64,000 nt of DNA. Source: an uncultured Deinococcaceae bacterium. Its GTDB lineage: Bacteria; Deinococcota; Deinococci; Deinococcales; Deinococcaceae. Of this stretch, positions 21,937 to 36,124 are shown piece by piece (the stretch's first letter is position 1; the number at the start of each line of letters is the position of its first letter). The notes below the pieces were generated by a model. The model was not told the DNA's origin, made no database searches, and saw nothing but the letters and a program-made list of their open reading frames with translations. The stretch covers positions 247,787-311,786 of the forward strand of contig CAXULY010000001.1 in NCBI GenBank assembly GCA_964252075.1, given 5' to 3'. The position numbers were made by a program, and so were the translations under genes.

Positions 21937-22035
21937 CCCCCCAGCATGGCGCAGCGGGGCGGGTCCGACTAGGGACTCGCATACCGTGCACCGCAGCGCA
22001 CCCCCCGCACCGTAATGCGGGAGTGCCGGGCGCCT

Positions 22036-22863
22036 TCAGGAGAAGGTGGAGATGTTCAGGAACAGGTACGTGATGGGCACCGCGAACAGCAGGGAGTCCA
22101 GGCGGTCCAGGATGCCGCCGTGACCGGGGATGCTGTTCCCGCTGTCCTTGCTGCCCAGCGAGCGCTTGATGAGGCTCTCGCTGAGGTCGCCGAGCTGCGC
22201 GGCGCTGGACACCAGCAGCGAGTACAGCAGCGCGTCGTAGGGCGACCACTGGTTCACAAACTGCGTCATGGCGAACACCGCCACGAAACTCAGCGCGAGG
22301 CCACCCACCGCGCCCTCCACGGTCTTGCCGGGCGATACCTCCGGCGCGAGTTTGCGCCGACCCAGGGCGTATCCGATGAAGAACGCACCGATGTCCGTCG
22401 CGAAGGTCGCGACGAGCGGCAGCGCGAAGTTGATGAGGCCGCCCACCGCGTCCGGGTTGTAGCGCAGCAGCACGAAGTACCCCAGCAGCCACGGCACGTA
22501 CAGCAGCCCGAACAGCGTGTACACCACGCGCTCCAGGGGGCGCTCGCCGGGCGAGATGACTTCCACCACCAGGAAGTACCCGACGGCGGCGACCAGCACC
22601 ACCTCCCGCCAGCTGCCGCCCACCCAGGGCGCCGACGGGAAGTTCGGGTAGCTCGCGACGACCAGCGCCACGCCGAACAGGTACAGGGACCAGCGGCGCA
22701 CGTCAATGTCGCGGCGGTCCAGCATGTGCAGGTACTCGCGCAGGCCCATGACCGTCACGATGACCAGCGCGGGCATCAGGAGCGGCCAGCCCACCCACAC
22801 GACCGCCCCGATGATCAGCACGCCGATCACCGAGGTCAGCACGCGGCTGCTCAGGCTCTCCAT
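22036..22863 (-). CDS. cdsA: Phosphatidate cytidylyltransferase
   Basis: SPGKTVEG, GDLSESLIKR, KDSG..IPGHGGILDRLDS. Confidence 0.95.
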   Translation of the reverse strand: MESLSSRVLTSVIGVLIIGAVVWVGWPLLMPALVIVTVMGLREYLHMLDRRDIDVRRWSLYLFGVALVVASYPNFPSAPWVGGSWREVVLVAAVGYFLVVEVISPGERPLERVVYTLFGLLYVPWLLGYFVLLRYNPDAVGGLINFALPLVATFATDIGAFFIGYALGRRKLAPEVSPGKTVEGAVGGLALSFVAVFAMTQFVNQWSPYDALLYSLLVSSAAQLGDLSESLIKRSLGSKDSGNSIPGHGGILDRLDSLLFAVPITYLFLNISTFS

Positions 22864-22906
22864 CAGAAAGCCTGAGGCCGCGCGCGAAGTGCCTTGAGCG
22901 CCTCCG

Positions 22907-23455
22907 TCACCCGAGGATGTCCTGCTCCTTGGCGTGCAGGGTGTCATCGACTTTCTTCACGAACTCATCGGTGATCTTCTGCACTTCGGTCTCGGCGCGC
23001 TTGATTTCGTCCTCGCCGACGCCCTCCAGCTTCTTGACTTCCTCCAGCGCGTGCTTGCGGGCGCTGCGGATGGCGACCTTGCCGTCCTCGGCATAGCCGC
23101 GCGCGGTCTTCACGAGGTCCTTGCGGCGCTCCTCGGTGAGGGCCGGGATGGAGATGAAGATGGCGTCGCCCTTGTTGTTCGGGTTGAGGCCCAGGTCGCT
23201 GTCGCGGATGGCTTTCTCGATGGGATTCAACGCGCCGCGGTCCCACGGCGTGATGAGCAGCGTGCGCGCGTCGGGCGCGGTGACGCCCGCCACCTGATCG
23301 AGCGGCATGGTGGAGCCGTAGTACTCCACGGTGATTTTCTTGAGGATGCCGGGGTGCGCGCGGCCGGTGCGCAGCACGGAGAAGCTGTTCTCCATGGCTT
23401 CGAGCGCCTTCTGCATGCGCGAGCGCGTGTCCTGGTAAATGGATTGAGTGGTCAT
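22907..23455 (-). CDS. frr: Ribosome recycling factor
   Basis: [27 protein letters not shown]. Confidence 0.97.
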   Translation of the reverse strand: MTTQSIYQDTRSRMQKALEAMENSFSVLRTGRAHPGILKKITVEYYGSTMPLDQVAGVTAPDARTLLITPWDRGALNPIEKAIRDSDLGLNPNNKGDAIFISIPALTEERRKDLVKTARGYAEDGKVAIRSARKHALEEVKKLEGVGEDEIKRAETEVQKITDEFVKKVDDTLHAKEQDILG

Positions 23456-23511
23456 GCGTAAGACCTCCTGCAAGCGATTTTAATGGGGTTGGGGGCGGGG
23501 GGCCGCCCGCC

Positions 23512-25147
<1,636 letters not shown>

Positions 25148-25240
25148 GGTGCGTTCCTCCTTGGGTGGATTTCACAAAAAACGGCCCAGTGTGGCTTCAG
25201 CCGTCAGGCTGCCCCACCGGGCCGAGCTTGGGGCGGTGGA

Positions 25241-26122
<882 letters not shown>

Positions 26123-26260
26123 GATTCTCCTGAGCGTTTCTTGAAGGTTGTGCTGCCCCGACCGTGTGGGTGGCTCACGTGACGCTCGAGCACGCGTGTC
26201 CTGGTGCGGGGGCACCCAAACGAAGATTTTAGCACATGAGGGCCGTCTAGACCAGTGAGG

Positions 26261-26287
26261 AGGGGCGGGCCACTGTGGCCCGCCCCT
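26261..26287. terminator. Hairpin downstream of the TPR gene
   Basis: aggggcgggccac / gtggcccgcccct inverted repeat. Confidence 0.6.
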
Positions 26288-26301
26288 TGCACCCCGCCCG
26301 C

Positions 26302-27543
26302 TTACTTCACCTTCACGCGGACCAGCGCCTCCTGAGCGAGCTTGAAGCCCGGGCTGAGGCGCAGGGCGCGCTGGTAGTTGTCGCGCGCCTTCACGCGGTC
26401 CGCGCTCACGCCCTGCGCGCTGCGCTCGTAACTCAGGCCCAGGTAATACAGGTACTCGGGGTTGTTGCTGGCGAGCGCCGCAGCCTTCGTGAAGTCGCTG
26501 CGCGCGCCCTGCAGCTGACCGTCATCGAGCTCCTGGCGGCCCATGAAATAATAGAACTCCGGGTAGCGCAGGGGGTCGAGCTTCAGGGCCGCCGTGAGCT
26601 GATCGCGCGCGGTACTGGCGTCCTTGACGAGGTACGACACCACGCCGTACTGCCCCACCGCGTACGCGTTCTGCGGCGCGAGCTTCGCGGCCTGCGCGGC
26701 CTCACTGCGCGCCGCACCGGTGTTCCCCGACAGGGCCAGCAGCTTCGCGTAATACGCGCGGTTGAAGGCGTCCGTGGGGTCCGCGATCACCGCCTGCTGC
26801 AGGTTGTCGAGCGCGGCAGGAAGATTCCCCGTCGCGAAGAACAGGTCCCCCAAATTAAAGAGGATCACGCTGTTCTGCGGGTCGAGCTTGCTGGCGCGCT
26901 GCGACGCGGCGATGGCCGCCTGATAGTCGCCCTGCAGCTTGTACACCAGGCTGCGCTGGTTCCAGACTTTTGCCAGGGCCGCCGAGCGGTCCGCGGTGTT
27001 GGGAATGCCGCTCGCGACGGCTTCCGCGCCCCGCAGCACCCGAAGCGCCTGCATGAGGTTCCCCGCGACACCCGCGCGGTCCGTCGCGGCGGAGAACTGC
27101 TCGGTGTACGTCTGCGCCGTGGCGATCATGGCGCTCAGGTTGGCGGGCTCCAGCTGCAGAAGGCGCTGCAGGGTCTCAAGGGACGGCCCGTACAGCCGCA
27201 GGCGCGCCTGCGTGCGCCCCAGCCCGAGCAGCGCCTCCGCGTTCGTGGGGTCGCTCCCCACGGCCGCACGGAACGCCACGTACGCCTGATCGAAGCGGCC
27301 CGCCTGGTAGTGACCCAAGCCGAGCGATACGTAACTGCTCGCGGGACTCAGGGCGCCGGGCAGCGCAGCGGGAGGGCTGGTCTGCGCGAGCGCCGGGCCG
27401 AGCGCGGCGAACGTGAGCGCCACCCCACATGCCAGCCACCGCAGGCGGGGCGAACGCGCGGGGTGCGCAGCAGACCCGGCCATCAGGCCCTCAGCCTGAG
27501 CCGCGTGGCGCGCGCGTTGAACTGTCGTCATCCTTTTCATCAT
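26302..27543 (-). CDS. Exported tetratricopeptide-repeat protein
   Basis: Signal peptide (ALA) and multiple TPR-like repeats. Start uncertain (27483-27603). Confidence 0.85.
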   Translation of the reverse strand: MMKRMTTVQRARHAAQAEGLMAGSAAHPARSPRLRWLACGVALTFAALGPALAQTSPPAALPGALSPASSYVSLGLGHYQAGRFDQAYVAFRAAVGSDPTNAEALLGLGRTQARLRLYGPSLETLQRLLQLEPANLSAMIATAQTYTEQFSAATDRAGVAGNLMQALRVLRGAEAVASGIPNTADRSAALAKVWNQRSLVYKLQGDYQAAIAASQRASKLDPQNSVILFNLGDLFFATGNLPAALDNLQQAVIADPTDAFNRAYYAKLLALSGNTGAARSEAAQAAKLAPQNAYAVGQYGVVSYLVKDASTARDQLTAALKLDPLRYPEFYYFMGRQELDDGQLQGARSDFTKAAALASNNPEYLYYLGLSYERSAQGVSADRVKARDNYQRALRLSPGFKLAQEALVRVKVK

Positions 27544-27635
27544 ACAGACGCGCGCGGCGCGCAAATGAAGTGAGGTGTGAGGAAAGAAACGATAAGGGCG
27601 CACGGCGACGGCGGACGCGCCGTAGCATGACCGTC

Positions 27636-28196
27636 ATGGCACACAGACTGGGACTCACGGGCTCCATCGGAGCGGGCAAGAGCACGGTCGCGCGGCTGCT
27701 GCGCGAGCGCGGCCTCACCGTGCTGGACGCCGACCTCGTGGCGCGCGAGGTCAGCGCCCACCCCGACACCCTTGCGGGGGTGGCCGCGCAACTCGGGCCG
27801 CAGTACGTGACGCCGACCGGCCTGAACCGCCCCGCGCTCGCCGCGCTGGTCTTCGCGGACGAAGCGGCCCGCGCCCACCTGAACGCCATCATTCACCCGC
27901 GCGTGCGCGCCCGCATGACGGAACTTGAAGCGCGCGCGACCGGCACGTGGGTGGTGCAGGACATCCCCCTGCTGTTCGAGAACGGCCTGGAGGCAGGCAT
28001 GGACGCCACGCTCCTGGTGGACGCCCCGCTTGAGGCGCGCGTGCAGCGCGTGATGGCCCGCGACGGCGTCACGCGCGAGCAGGTCCTCGCGCGTGACGCC
28101 GCCCAGATGCCCGCCAGCGAGAAGCGCCGCCGCGCCAGCATCGCGCTGGACAACGGCGGCGACCTCAATGCGCTCGCGGCGCAGCTGGACGCGGCC

Positions 28197-28223
<27 letters not shown>
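27636..28223 (+). CDS. coaE: Dephospho-CoA kinase
   Basis: [33 protein letters not shown] lies 7 nt before ATG. Confidence 0.95.
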
Positions 28224-29843
<1,620 letters not shown>

Positions 29844-29922
29844 GTCGCTCCCGAGCGCCCTTGGGGCACGGCCCCAAAAAGAAAAACCAGAGGCGCTCGG
29901 CCTCCGGGATTTCAGGATAGCA
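29844..29922 (-). promoter_or_regulatory. Candidate pyrG promoter (TGcTATCCT) and leader containing a terminator hairpin and an alternative pairing
   Basis: Extended -10 at 29922-29914; CCGGAGGC/GCCTCTGG stem plus T5CT5; CCGAGCGCC/GGCGCTCGG 9-bp alternative stem. Confidence 0.55.
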
Positions 29923-29933
29923 GGTTCTGACGG

Positions 29934-30818
29934 TCAGCAGGTCGTGGCGCTGAGACACTTCCAGTTCCGGGGATCAATGAGGCCGCCGAGGGGATCGGCG
30001 TCTGGGTTGGCGGTTTGGGTCGTGCCGCCCGCCGTCTGAGCCACGTTGAAGGAGAATTGCACGGTGCCGATGGGTTGAGTGTCGGGCAGCACCGGAGGCG
30101 CCGTCTGGATGTTGAACACAACGGAGGCCGGCTTGATGTAGTCCGTGAGGATCCGTCCTGCGCGCCCCATGAACATCGTACCCGTACCGTTCAGGGCGGG
30201 CGCGTTCGTGATGGAACCGTTCCCTAACGTGTCGTAGGTGGGTGTCCAGGCGATAGTGCCGTCGTTCAGGCTCGCCCGGTACTCCATGAGCACCCACTTG
30301 TCCGCGTTGTTCGGGTCCTGCGGCGGCTTCTGGCTGTTCGCCAGGGTGCTGCTCGCGAGGGTATCGCGGCGCACCGCGTAGTACGCGAAGAGCCGGTAGC
30401 AACCAGCGGTGTTGCCCTCCGTGGCATCATCGTCCGTGACCGTTGAGAGGGTGCAGGTGGCGCCAGGGGAACGGGGCGGCAGAATCATGGCCATGAAGGG
30501 GTCCGTCCCCACCCTCCACTTCTGCCCGCCACTCGGACCAGCGGTGTTCTGCGTCGTGATGCCGCTTGAAGTCAGGACGGCTGCCGCCGTGCTGGAACTC
30601 ATCTTCGGATACACGTAGATCGCCTCACTGAGTCGGCCCGCGATGATCTGCTGGGCCATCTGGCCGTCCTGCAGGACGCTGCTGCGCGCGCCCGCCGCGG
30701 CGACCGTCACGACACCGACCTTCAGGAGGTCGTTGATGGCGACACCCAGCAGGGCGAAGAGCGCCAGCGCAATGAGGACTTCCAGCAGGGTGAAGCCCTG
30801 CTCGCGCTGCCCCCTCAT
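29934..30818 (-). CDS. Type IV pilin-like protein (PilW-like minor pilin)
   Basis: Prepilin site EQG|FTLLEVLIAL. Confidence 0.88.
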   Translation of the reverse strand: MRGQREQGFTLLEVLIALALFALLGVAINDLLKVGVVTVAAAGARSSVLQDGQMAQQIIAGRLSEAIYVYPKMSSSTAAAVLTSSGITTQNTAGPSGGQKWRVGTDPFMAMILPPRSPGATCTLSTVTDDDATEGNTAGCYRLFAYYAVRRDTLASSTLANSQKPPQDPNNADKWVLMEYRASLNDGTIAWTPTYDTLGNGSITNAPALNGTGTMFMGRAGRILTDYIKPASVVFNIQTAPPVLPDTQPIGTVQFSFNVAQTAGGTTQTANPDADPLGGLIDPRNWKCLSATTC

Positions 30819-31237
30819 GGCCTCACCTCCAGGTTCAGGCGCTCTTCCTCCTGCCCGGCACCGATCGTCACCACGGTGATGCGGCGCATGGCAGGCGTCG
30901 GGTACGAAGCGGTGACCGCCCCGCAGGTTGCGGGGGACGTCACGGCGTTCCCCTGGATGTCCAGATCCGTGCAGGTGACGGTGCTGGCGAGGTTCTTCCA
31001 GTTGGCCACCTGTTCCGTCAGCCTGGGTTGTGGGTCTGCGTAATACGTCAGGACGAGTTGCCGCGCCTGCTCCATCACGTTCTGGGCGTCCGTCGTGGCG
31101 TTCAGCGTGACGGCAGCCTTGCGGTTCATACCGAAGAACGTGGTGATGGGCAGCGAGATGGACACCACCATGATGCTCAGGAGGCTGACGCCAATCAGCA
31201 CTTCGATGATGGAGAGACCAGCGGTTCGTGATTTCAT
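30815..31237 (-). CDS. Type IV pilin-like protein (PilV-like minor pilin)
   Basis: TAG|LSIIEVLIGV. Confidence 0.85.
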   Translation of the reverse strand: MKSRTAGLSIIEVLIGVSLLSIMVVSISLPITTFFGMNRKAAVTLNATTDAQNVMEQARQLVLTYYADPQPRLTEQVANWKNLASTVTCTDLDIQGNAVTSPATCGAVTASYPTPAMRRITVVTIGAGQEEERLNLEVRP

Positions 31238-31662
31238 TGGATGACCTTTCCAGTGACGCCGACGATATAGAGGTTGGCGGAGTTCGGCGCTCCAGGGACA
31301 GTGACCGTCAGCGTTCGGGAGGTGGCCTGATACTCCCCGTAGGGCGCCGTGTACGTCAGCGTGGTTGCGCTGTTGTCGAGCGCGAGCGTCGCTTTGTACG
31401 GGAGCGTCACCACGGTGCTCGCGCCGTTGATGTTCAGGGTGTAGGACGTTCCGCCCGCACCGAGCGTCAGGGTGTTGCTGACGCTGTTCTTCCAGGCGCC
31501 GCTGCGGAGCCGCTCCAGGTCCGTGCGGACCACGCCCGCCACCTCACGTATCTGGTTGGTCTTCACCCAGCGGGTCAGGTTGACGTAACCGATGCCCATC
31601 ACGATGCTGAGGACCGCCATGGCGATGAGCACCTCGAGGAGTGTGAATCCGTCGCGCCTCAC
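31234..31662 (-). CDS. Type IV pilin-like protein (FimT/GspH-like)
   Basis: RDG|FTLLEVLIAM; C-terminal VGVTGKV. Confidence 0.88.
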   Translation of the reverse strand: MRRDGFTLLEVLIAMAVLSIVMGIGYVNLTRWVKTNQIREVAGVVRTDLERLRSGAWKNSVSNTLTLGAGGTSYTLNINGASTVVTLPYKATLALDNSATTLTYTAPYGEYQATSRTLTVTVPGAPNSANLYIVGVTGKVIQ

Positions 31663-33632
31663 TGGCTCTGCCCCCAGGTTCCCAGTTGCGGCGTGTCGGT
31701 GAACGCAGCGGACCAGCGCTGCTGCAGGGGGAAGAATGGGGGCGCGAAGCCGCTCTTGGCACGCTGGTCGTACTTGTAACTGCGAAGGTAGCCGCCCGAG
31801 CCGCTGCTGACCGTCTGCGACTGATCCTCGATCAAGCCGCCACGCAGGTTGATGTATGGCTTTGGGGTGCCCTGGACCGTGTCGCCGCCGCCGCCGTTGG
31901 TGGCGGTGCCAACCGAGCCGAAGCCCTGCCCGGTGGCGGTGGCCATGATGCTGGCGTCAATGTTCAGGTTCTGGTTCTGCGGGCCGTCAAGTAGGACCGA
32001 GCCGCCCTGCGAGTAGATGCCGAGGACGTTCGTTGTGCCCGGGCTGTTGGGGTCGTCGGTGTAGGTGATGCTGTCCTTGATCTTGATGGTGCCCGTGGTG
32101 GCCAGGGTGAGTTGGACGCCGGAGGCGATGGATGCGGAGGTGTTGCCGCCACCGCCCGTCAGGCTGTTGACCTTCCCGTTGACGTACAGCATGCCGTTGA
32201 AGCTGCCGGTCATAGTTTTTTGCAGTGAGCCGCTCACATACACCTGCCAGCCGCTGGCGGTCTGGTCGAATCGCGTCGTCACGCCGCCCTGCACGATGGT
32301 GATGCGCTGGTAGTTGCCGTTCTTGCTCATCACGATGCTATCCACGTCGCCGTTGATGTAGATGCCGCCGTTGTTGCTGCCGTCCTGGCTGTTCCACGTG
32401 CTTTGCTGGTTGCTGGTGGTGCCGTTGCCCTTGGAGTAGTAGATGCCAGCCGCCACGGGGTTCGGGACGTTCCAGGAGGCAGCGAGCTGGGCCGCGGTGA
32501 CCGTCGATGAATCAGCGGGGTCGCCGCCGAACGAGGCGCGAAGCTGGTTGTTGTTGTTGCTCGGGAGGGGAACGGTTGGCACCACCGCCGCCGCGTAGTT
32601 CGGCGTCATGCTGGGGCAGCCGCCCTGCGTTGTGAGTTGCGTCTGGCTGCACGGCGAACCGGAGAGATCCCAGTTGGCGGATGCGCTGGTCAGGCGGTCC
32701 TGAAAGACGGGCGCGCCGCTCAGGTGCAAGGTGCCGTTGGTGTGCACCGGGCCGTCGAAGGTCTCGCCTGCGGACAGGTACAGAGGGCTGCCACTGACCG
32801 AGTTGGTGTTGTTTCTGAAAAACACATACTGGTTGAATCCGGCACGTTGCACCACGAAGCCATACGCGGTGGAGGGATCGCTCCCGGTCGTTCCGAAGCC
32901 GGGGGTGGTGGCTGTCGCCGCTGCTTGCACGACTCGCCGTGCGGCAGCGCTCGTCCCGCTCGTGGGCGTCGCCGTGCCCGTGGCGCTCATGGACTTCGTT
33001 TGAAGAAACACCTTGAAGGCGCGGAGGCCCACTTGGTACACGCTCAGAGGCTGAACCTGAAGAGAGGCGCTCATTTCGCGGTTGAGGTTGCCAGTGGCGT
33101 CGAGGGCGCCACCCAGGCTCATGCCCTGACTGGTGAGCGCGCTCAGGTACGTGGCCTGTTCGCTGGCCTTCACTCCGGCGGCGTTGTAGGCGGCGGTGAG
33201 CACGCTGGTGTCCACGTAGTTGGTGTTCGTCAGGGCCGCCGCGAGGCTGCCGCTGGGCTGCACGTTGCACATGAAGACGGCCCCAGTGCTGCTGAGGGTC
33301 GCGGTGCTGGAGAAGTTCGGCAGGCTCCCGACGCTCACGCCGCAGATCTGAGCGATGAAGTTGCGCAGGTCGATGTCCGTCAGCGTCTGCTTCAACGCGA
33401 GGCCATTCAACACCTGGCGGAACTGGTAGAGGCGCGCTTTCGCGCGCGCCATCCCGCTGTCCGCCGCGTACTGCGCCGCGAGCACGAAGCGCTGGTCGGC
33501 CGTGGTTCGCCGGGCGGACAGGGACAGGTTCGCCGTCACGATCAGAATGCCCATCAAGATCATCAGGACCGTCAGGACGAGTGGCACGGTGGCCATGCCG
33601 CGCTCCCGGCGTCTGCTGGATCCACGCCTCAT
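31659..33632 (-). CDS. Large PilX/ComZ-like tip pilin (DUF4900-like)
   Basis: RERG|MATVPLVL lacking Glu5, AQYAADSG, FDGPVHTNG, Gly/Asn/Thr-rich beta region, YDQR...APPFFP C-terminus. Confidence 0.78.
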   Translation of the reverse strand: MRRGSSRRRERGMATVPLVLTVLMILMGILIVTANLSLSARRTTADQRFVLAAQYAADSGMARAKARLYQFRQVLNGLALKQTLTDIDLRNFIAQICGVSVGSLPNFSSTATLSSTGAVFMCNVQPSGSLAAALTNTNYVDTSVLTAAYNAAGVKASEQATYLSALTSQGMSLGGALDATGNLNREMSASLQVQPLSVYQVGLRAFKVFLQTKSMSATGTATPTSGTSAAARRVVQAAATATTPGFGTTGSDPSTAYGFVVQRAGFNQYVFFRNNTNSVSGSPLYLSAGETFDGPVHTNGTLHLSGAPVFQDRLTSASANWDLSGSPCSQTQLTTQGGCPSMTPNYAAAVVPTVPLPSNNNNQLRASFGGDPADSSTVTAAQLAASWNVPNPVAAGIYYSKGNGTTSNQQSTWNSQDGSNNGGIYINGDVDSIVMSKNGNYQRITIVQGGVTTRFDQTASGWQVYVSGSLQKTMTGSFNGMLYVNGKVNSLTGGGGNTSASIASGVQLTLATTGTIKIKDSITYTDDPNSPGTTNVLGIYSQGGSVLLDGPQNQNLNIDASIMATATGQGFGSVGTATNGGGGDTVQGTPKPYINLRGGLIEDQSQTVSSGSGGYLRSYKYDQRAKSGFAPPFFPLQQRWSAAFTDTPQLGTWGQSQ

Positions 33633-33792
33633 CTGCGCGCCTTGAGGGGGATTGTGCGGGTCAGCCCACCAAGATGTCGGAAAGTTAACGATTGATGAAG
33701 CATGCTCACGGCGGCAGAATACGAGCTGAAGTCGCACACGAACCTTACAAATATTCGCTGGGAGGGCGAAAGGGACGGATTAAGCTGAACGT

Positions 33793-34365
33793 GTGCGAGC
33801 CCTGACCTGGATCGTTGTTCTCATCTTCGGTGGTGTTGCTTTGGCAGCGCCCCTTCCCCCCTCGGCCTACCTGCCGAACCTGAAGCATGTGGCGCAGAGT
33901 TACAACAACTGCGGTCCGGCCGCCCTGGTCAGTGTGCTGGGGTACTACGGGGTTCAGGTGGATCAGGCGGCGCTCGCGGCGGTGTTGCGCCCGCGGGGCG
34001 GGTACATGACGACGGGCGTGATCGCGCCGTTCCTGAAGCCCTTCGGGCTGCGGGCGACGGTCTTCAAGAACGGACAGGCAAGTCACCTGCGCGCGCTGGT
34101 GGCGGCAGGCATCCCGGTGATCGCGCTGCAGTGGCTAAACCGTGAGGGCGGCATCCCGCACTTTCGTGTGGTGCGCGGGTATGACGACAAGGCCGGGGTG
34201 TTCTGGCTGGATGATCCGCTGTATGGTGCCAACGTGTACGTGAGTTACGCGGATTTTCAGCGGTTGTGGGGCGTGTACGGGCAGGAGTTCATCCCGGTGT
34301 ACCCGGCGGGCTGGGAGGACAAGGTCGCGCGGATGCTGGGCCTGCACCACCTTCCCGCGTCGTGA
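33793..34365 (+). CDS. Secreted C39-like cysteine peptidase
   Basis: QSYNNCGPAAL, HFRVVRGYD, DDP; signal peptide. Confidence 0.85.
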   Translation: MRALTWIVVLIFGGVALAAPLPPSAYLPNLKHVAQSYNNCGPAALVSVLGYYGVQVDQAALAAVLRPRGGYMTTGVIAPFLKPFGLRATVFKNGQASHLRALVAAGIPVIALQWLNREGGIPHFRVVRGYDDKAGVFWLDDPLYGANVYVSYADFQRLWGVYGQEFIPVYPAGWEDKVARMLGLHHLPAS

Positions 34366-34901
34366 TTCTGGCGCTGGACACGGCGACGCCCTTTCTGGTG
34401 CTGGGTCTGCTGGGTGAGGGTGTGGCGCTGGAGCGCGTGGAGGAAGTGGGGCGCGCGCACGCCGAGCGGCTGGCGGGTGCGGTGGCGCACGCATTCGCTC
34501 AGGCGGAGCGGCCAGTGGGCGCGCGGGAGGTCGTGGTGGGGGTCGGACCGGGCTCCTACACGGGTTTGCGCGTGGGCGCCAGTTACGCGCTGGGGTTGGG
34601 CCGCGCGCTGGGTGCGCGCGTGACGGGCGTCAGTACCCTGGAGGCCATCGCGGGGCGCGGGGACGGGCGGGTGGCGGCGTCGCTGGACGCCCGCAAGGGG
34701 CAGGTGTACGGCGGGGTATTTCGCGTGGAGGGCGGGGTGGTGCAGGAGGTGCTGCTGCCCGAGGACAAGTACCCGCTGGAGGCCTTCGAGGGTCACGCGC
34801 GGGGCGCCGCGTGGTTGCGCGACGTGCCGCCGGGCGGTCTTGCGCTGGCGCGTCTGGTGCGCGAGCGCGGCCTCGACCCGACGGCGCTGCGGTACCTGTG
34901 A
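34362..34901 (+). CDS. tsaB: tRNA threonylcarbamoyladenosine biosynthesis protein TsaB
   Basis: ILALDTAT, HAERL, GPGSYTGLRVG, DARKGQVY. Confidence 0.92.
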   Translation: MILALDTATPFLVLGLLGEGVALERVEEVGRAHAERLAGAVAHAFAQAERPVGAREVVVGVGPGSYTGLRVGASYALGLGRALGARVTGVSTLEAIAGRGDGRVAASLDARKGQVYGGVFRVEGGVVQEVLLPEDKYPLEAFEGHARGAAWLRDVPPGGLALARLVRERGLDPTALRYL

Positions 34902-34942
34902 GGGGCGCGCGCGTGGTGGGCGGCCTCTGTTAGCCTGCGGGC

Positions 34943-36124
34943 ATGACGGAGTTGCTGTTCCGAGAGGATGCCCACGCCACCGGGTTCAGCGCGCGGGTGC
35001 TGGACGCCACGGAGGGTCGGGTGCGGCTGGACCGCACGCTGTTCTATGCCGAGGCCGGTGGGCAGAGTTCGGACGTGGGGTGGCTGCGCTGGCCGGGCGG
35101 GGATTCGCGCGTGACGGACGTGCAGAAGGACGCGGGTGAGGTGTGGCACACCCTGGACGGCGCGCTGCCCGAGGTGGGCGCGGAGGTGACGGGCGAGATC
35201 GACTGGCCCACACGGTACCGGCACATGCAGCGGCACAGCGCCGAGCACCTGCTGGCGCAGGCGTTCCTGCGCGTGAACCCGGCGTTTCAGGTGCGGTCCG
35301 TGAGTATGCGTTCGGCGGTCTGCACGCTGGACCTCGCGGGTGACCCCGGCGAGGCGGACGCGCGGGCGGCGGAGCGTCTGCTGCTGGACGTGATCGCCCG
35401 GAACCTGCCCATCGAGACCTTCGAGGTGCCGGACACGGACCTGGGCGCGTACCCGCTGAGGCGACCCGCGCAGGTCAGCGGACGGGTGCGACTTGTGGGG
35501 GTGCGGGAGGATTCCGGCTGGTGGGAGATGGTGGCGTGTGGCGGCACGCACCTGCCCAGCACTGCGTTCGCCGCGCCGGTGGTGGTGACGGAGCTGGAGC
35601 GCGTGCGGGGCCTGACGCGCGTGCATTTCATGGCGGGTGAGGAGGCCACTGAGTACCTGGGGCTGGTGCAGCGGCAGGCGGCGGGCATGGCGCAGGCGCT
35701 GAGTGTGCCCATCGAGCGCCTGCCGGAGCGCCTGGACGCCACGCTGGCAGAGGTGACGGCGCTGCGGCACACACTGGAGGGCGCCCGTGAGGGCTGGGCG
35801 GGGGCGCTGCTGGCGGCCGTGCGCGTCCAGGCGGCGCCGCAGGGGCAGGCTTTGCGGTTCGTGCGGCTGCCGGACGCGAACCTCGTGACGCCCGCCCTGA
35901 AGGCAGGCACAGGGTACGCCGCGACGCTCACGGTGGTGCTCGCGCCGGACGGACGCTGCGGTGTGGCGAGCGGGTCGCCTTCGCTGCACGCCGGGAACCT
36001 GCTGCGCGAGTGGCTCGCGCGGTCCGGTGGGCGCGGGGGGGGCCGGGCGGACACCGCTCAGGGTCAGGCGGGTGACGCCGAGGCGTTCGAGCGGGCCGCG
36101 CTCGGCTGGGCGGACGGGCGCTAG
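34943..36124 (+). CDS. Alanyl-tRNA editing protein (AlaX family) with DHHA1-like tail
   Basis: [32 protein letters not shown]. Confidence 0.88.
   Translation: MTELLFREDAHATGFSARVLDATEGRVRLDRTLFYAEAGGQSSDVGWLRWPGGDSRVTDVQKDAGEVWHTLDGALPEVGAEVTGEIDWPTRYRHMQRHSAEHLLAQAFLRVNPAFQVRSVSMRSAVCTLDLAGDPGEADARAAERLLLDVIARNLPIETFEVPDTDLGAYPLRRPAQVSGRVRLVGVREDSGWWEMVACGGTHLPSTAFAAPVVVTELERVRGLTRVHFMAGEEATEYLGLVQRQAAGMAQALSVPIERLPERLDATLAEVTALRHTLEGAREGWAGALLAAVRVQAAPQGQALRFVRLPDANLVTPALKAGTGYAATLTVVLAPDGRCGVASGSPSLHAGNLLREWLARSGGRGGGRADTAQGQAGDAEAFERAALGWADGR

Noticed and set aside
22864..22906. No uppS between frr and cdsA
   Set aside because: Ordinary gene-order variation; no remnant visible.
26123..26226. 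rpsB leader as an S2 autoregulatory RNA
   Set aside because: Plausible by position, but I could not support a specific structure.
33793..34365. C39 peptidase as a pilin-processing enzyme
   Set aside because: Prepilins are cleaved by A24 aspartic peptidases; this gene is divergent and coupled to tsaB.
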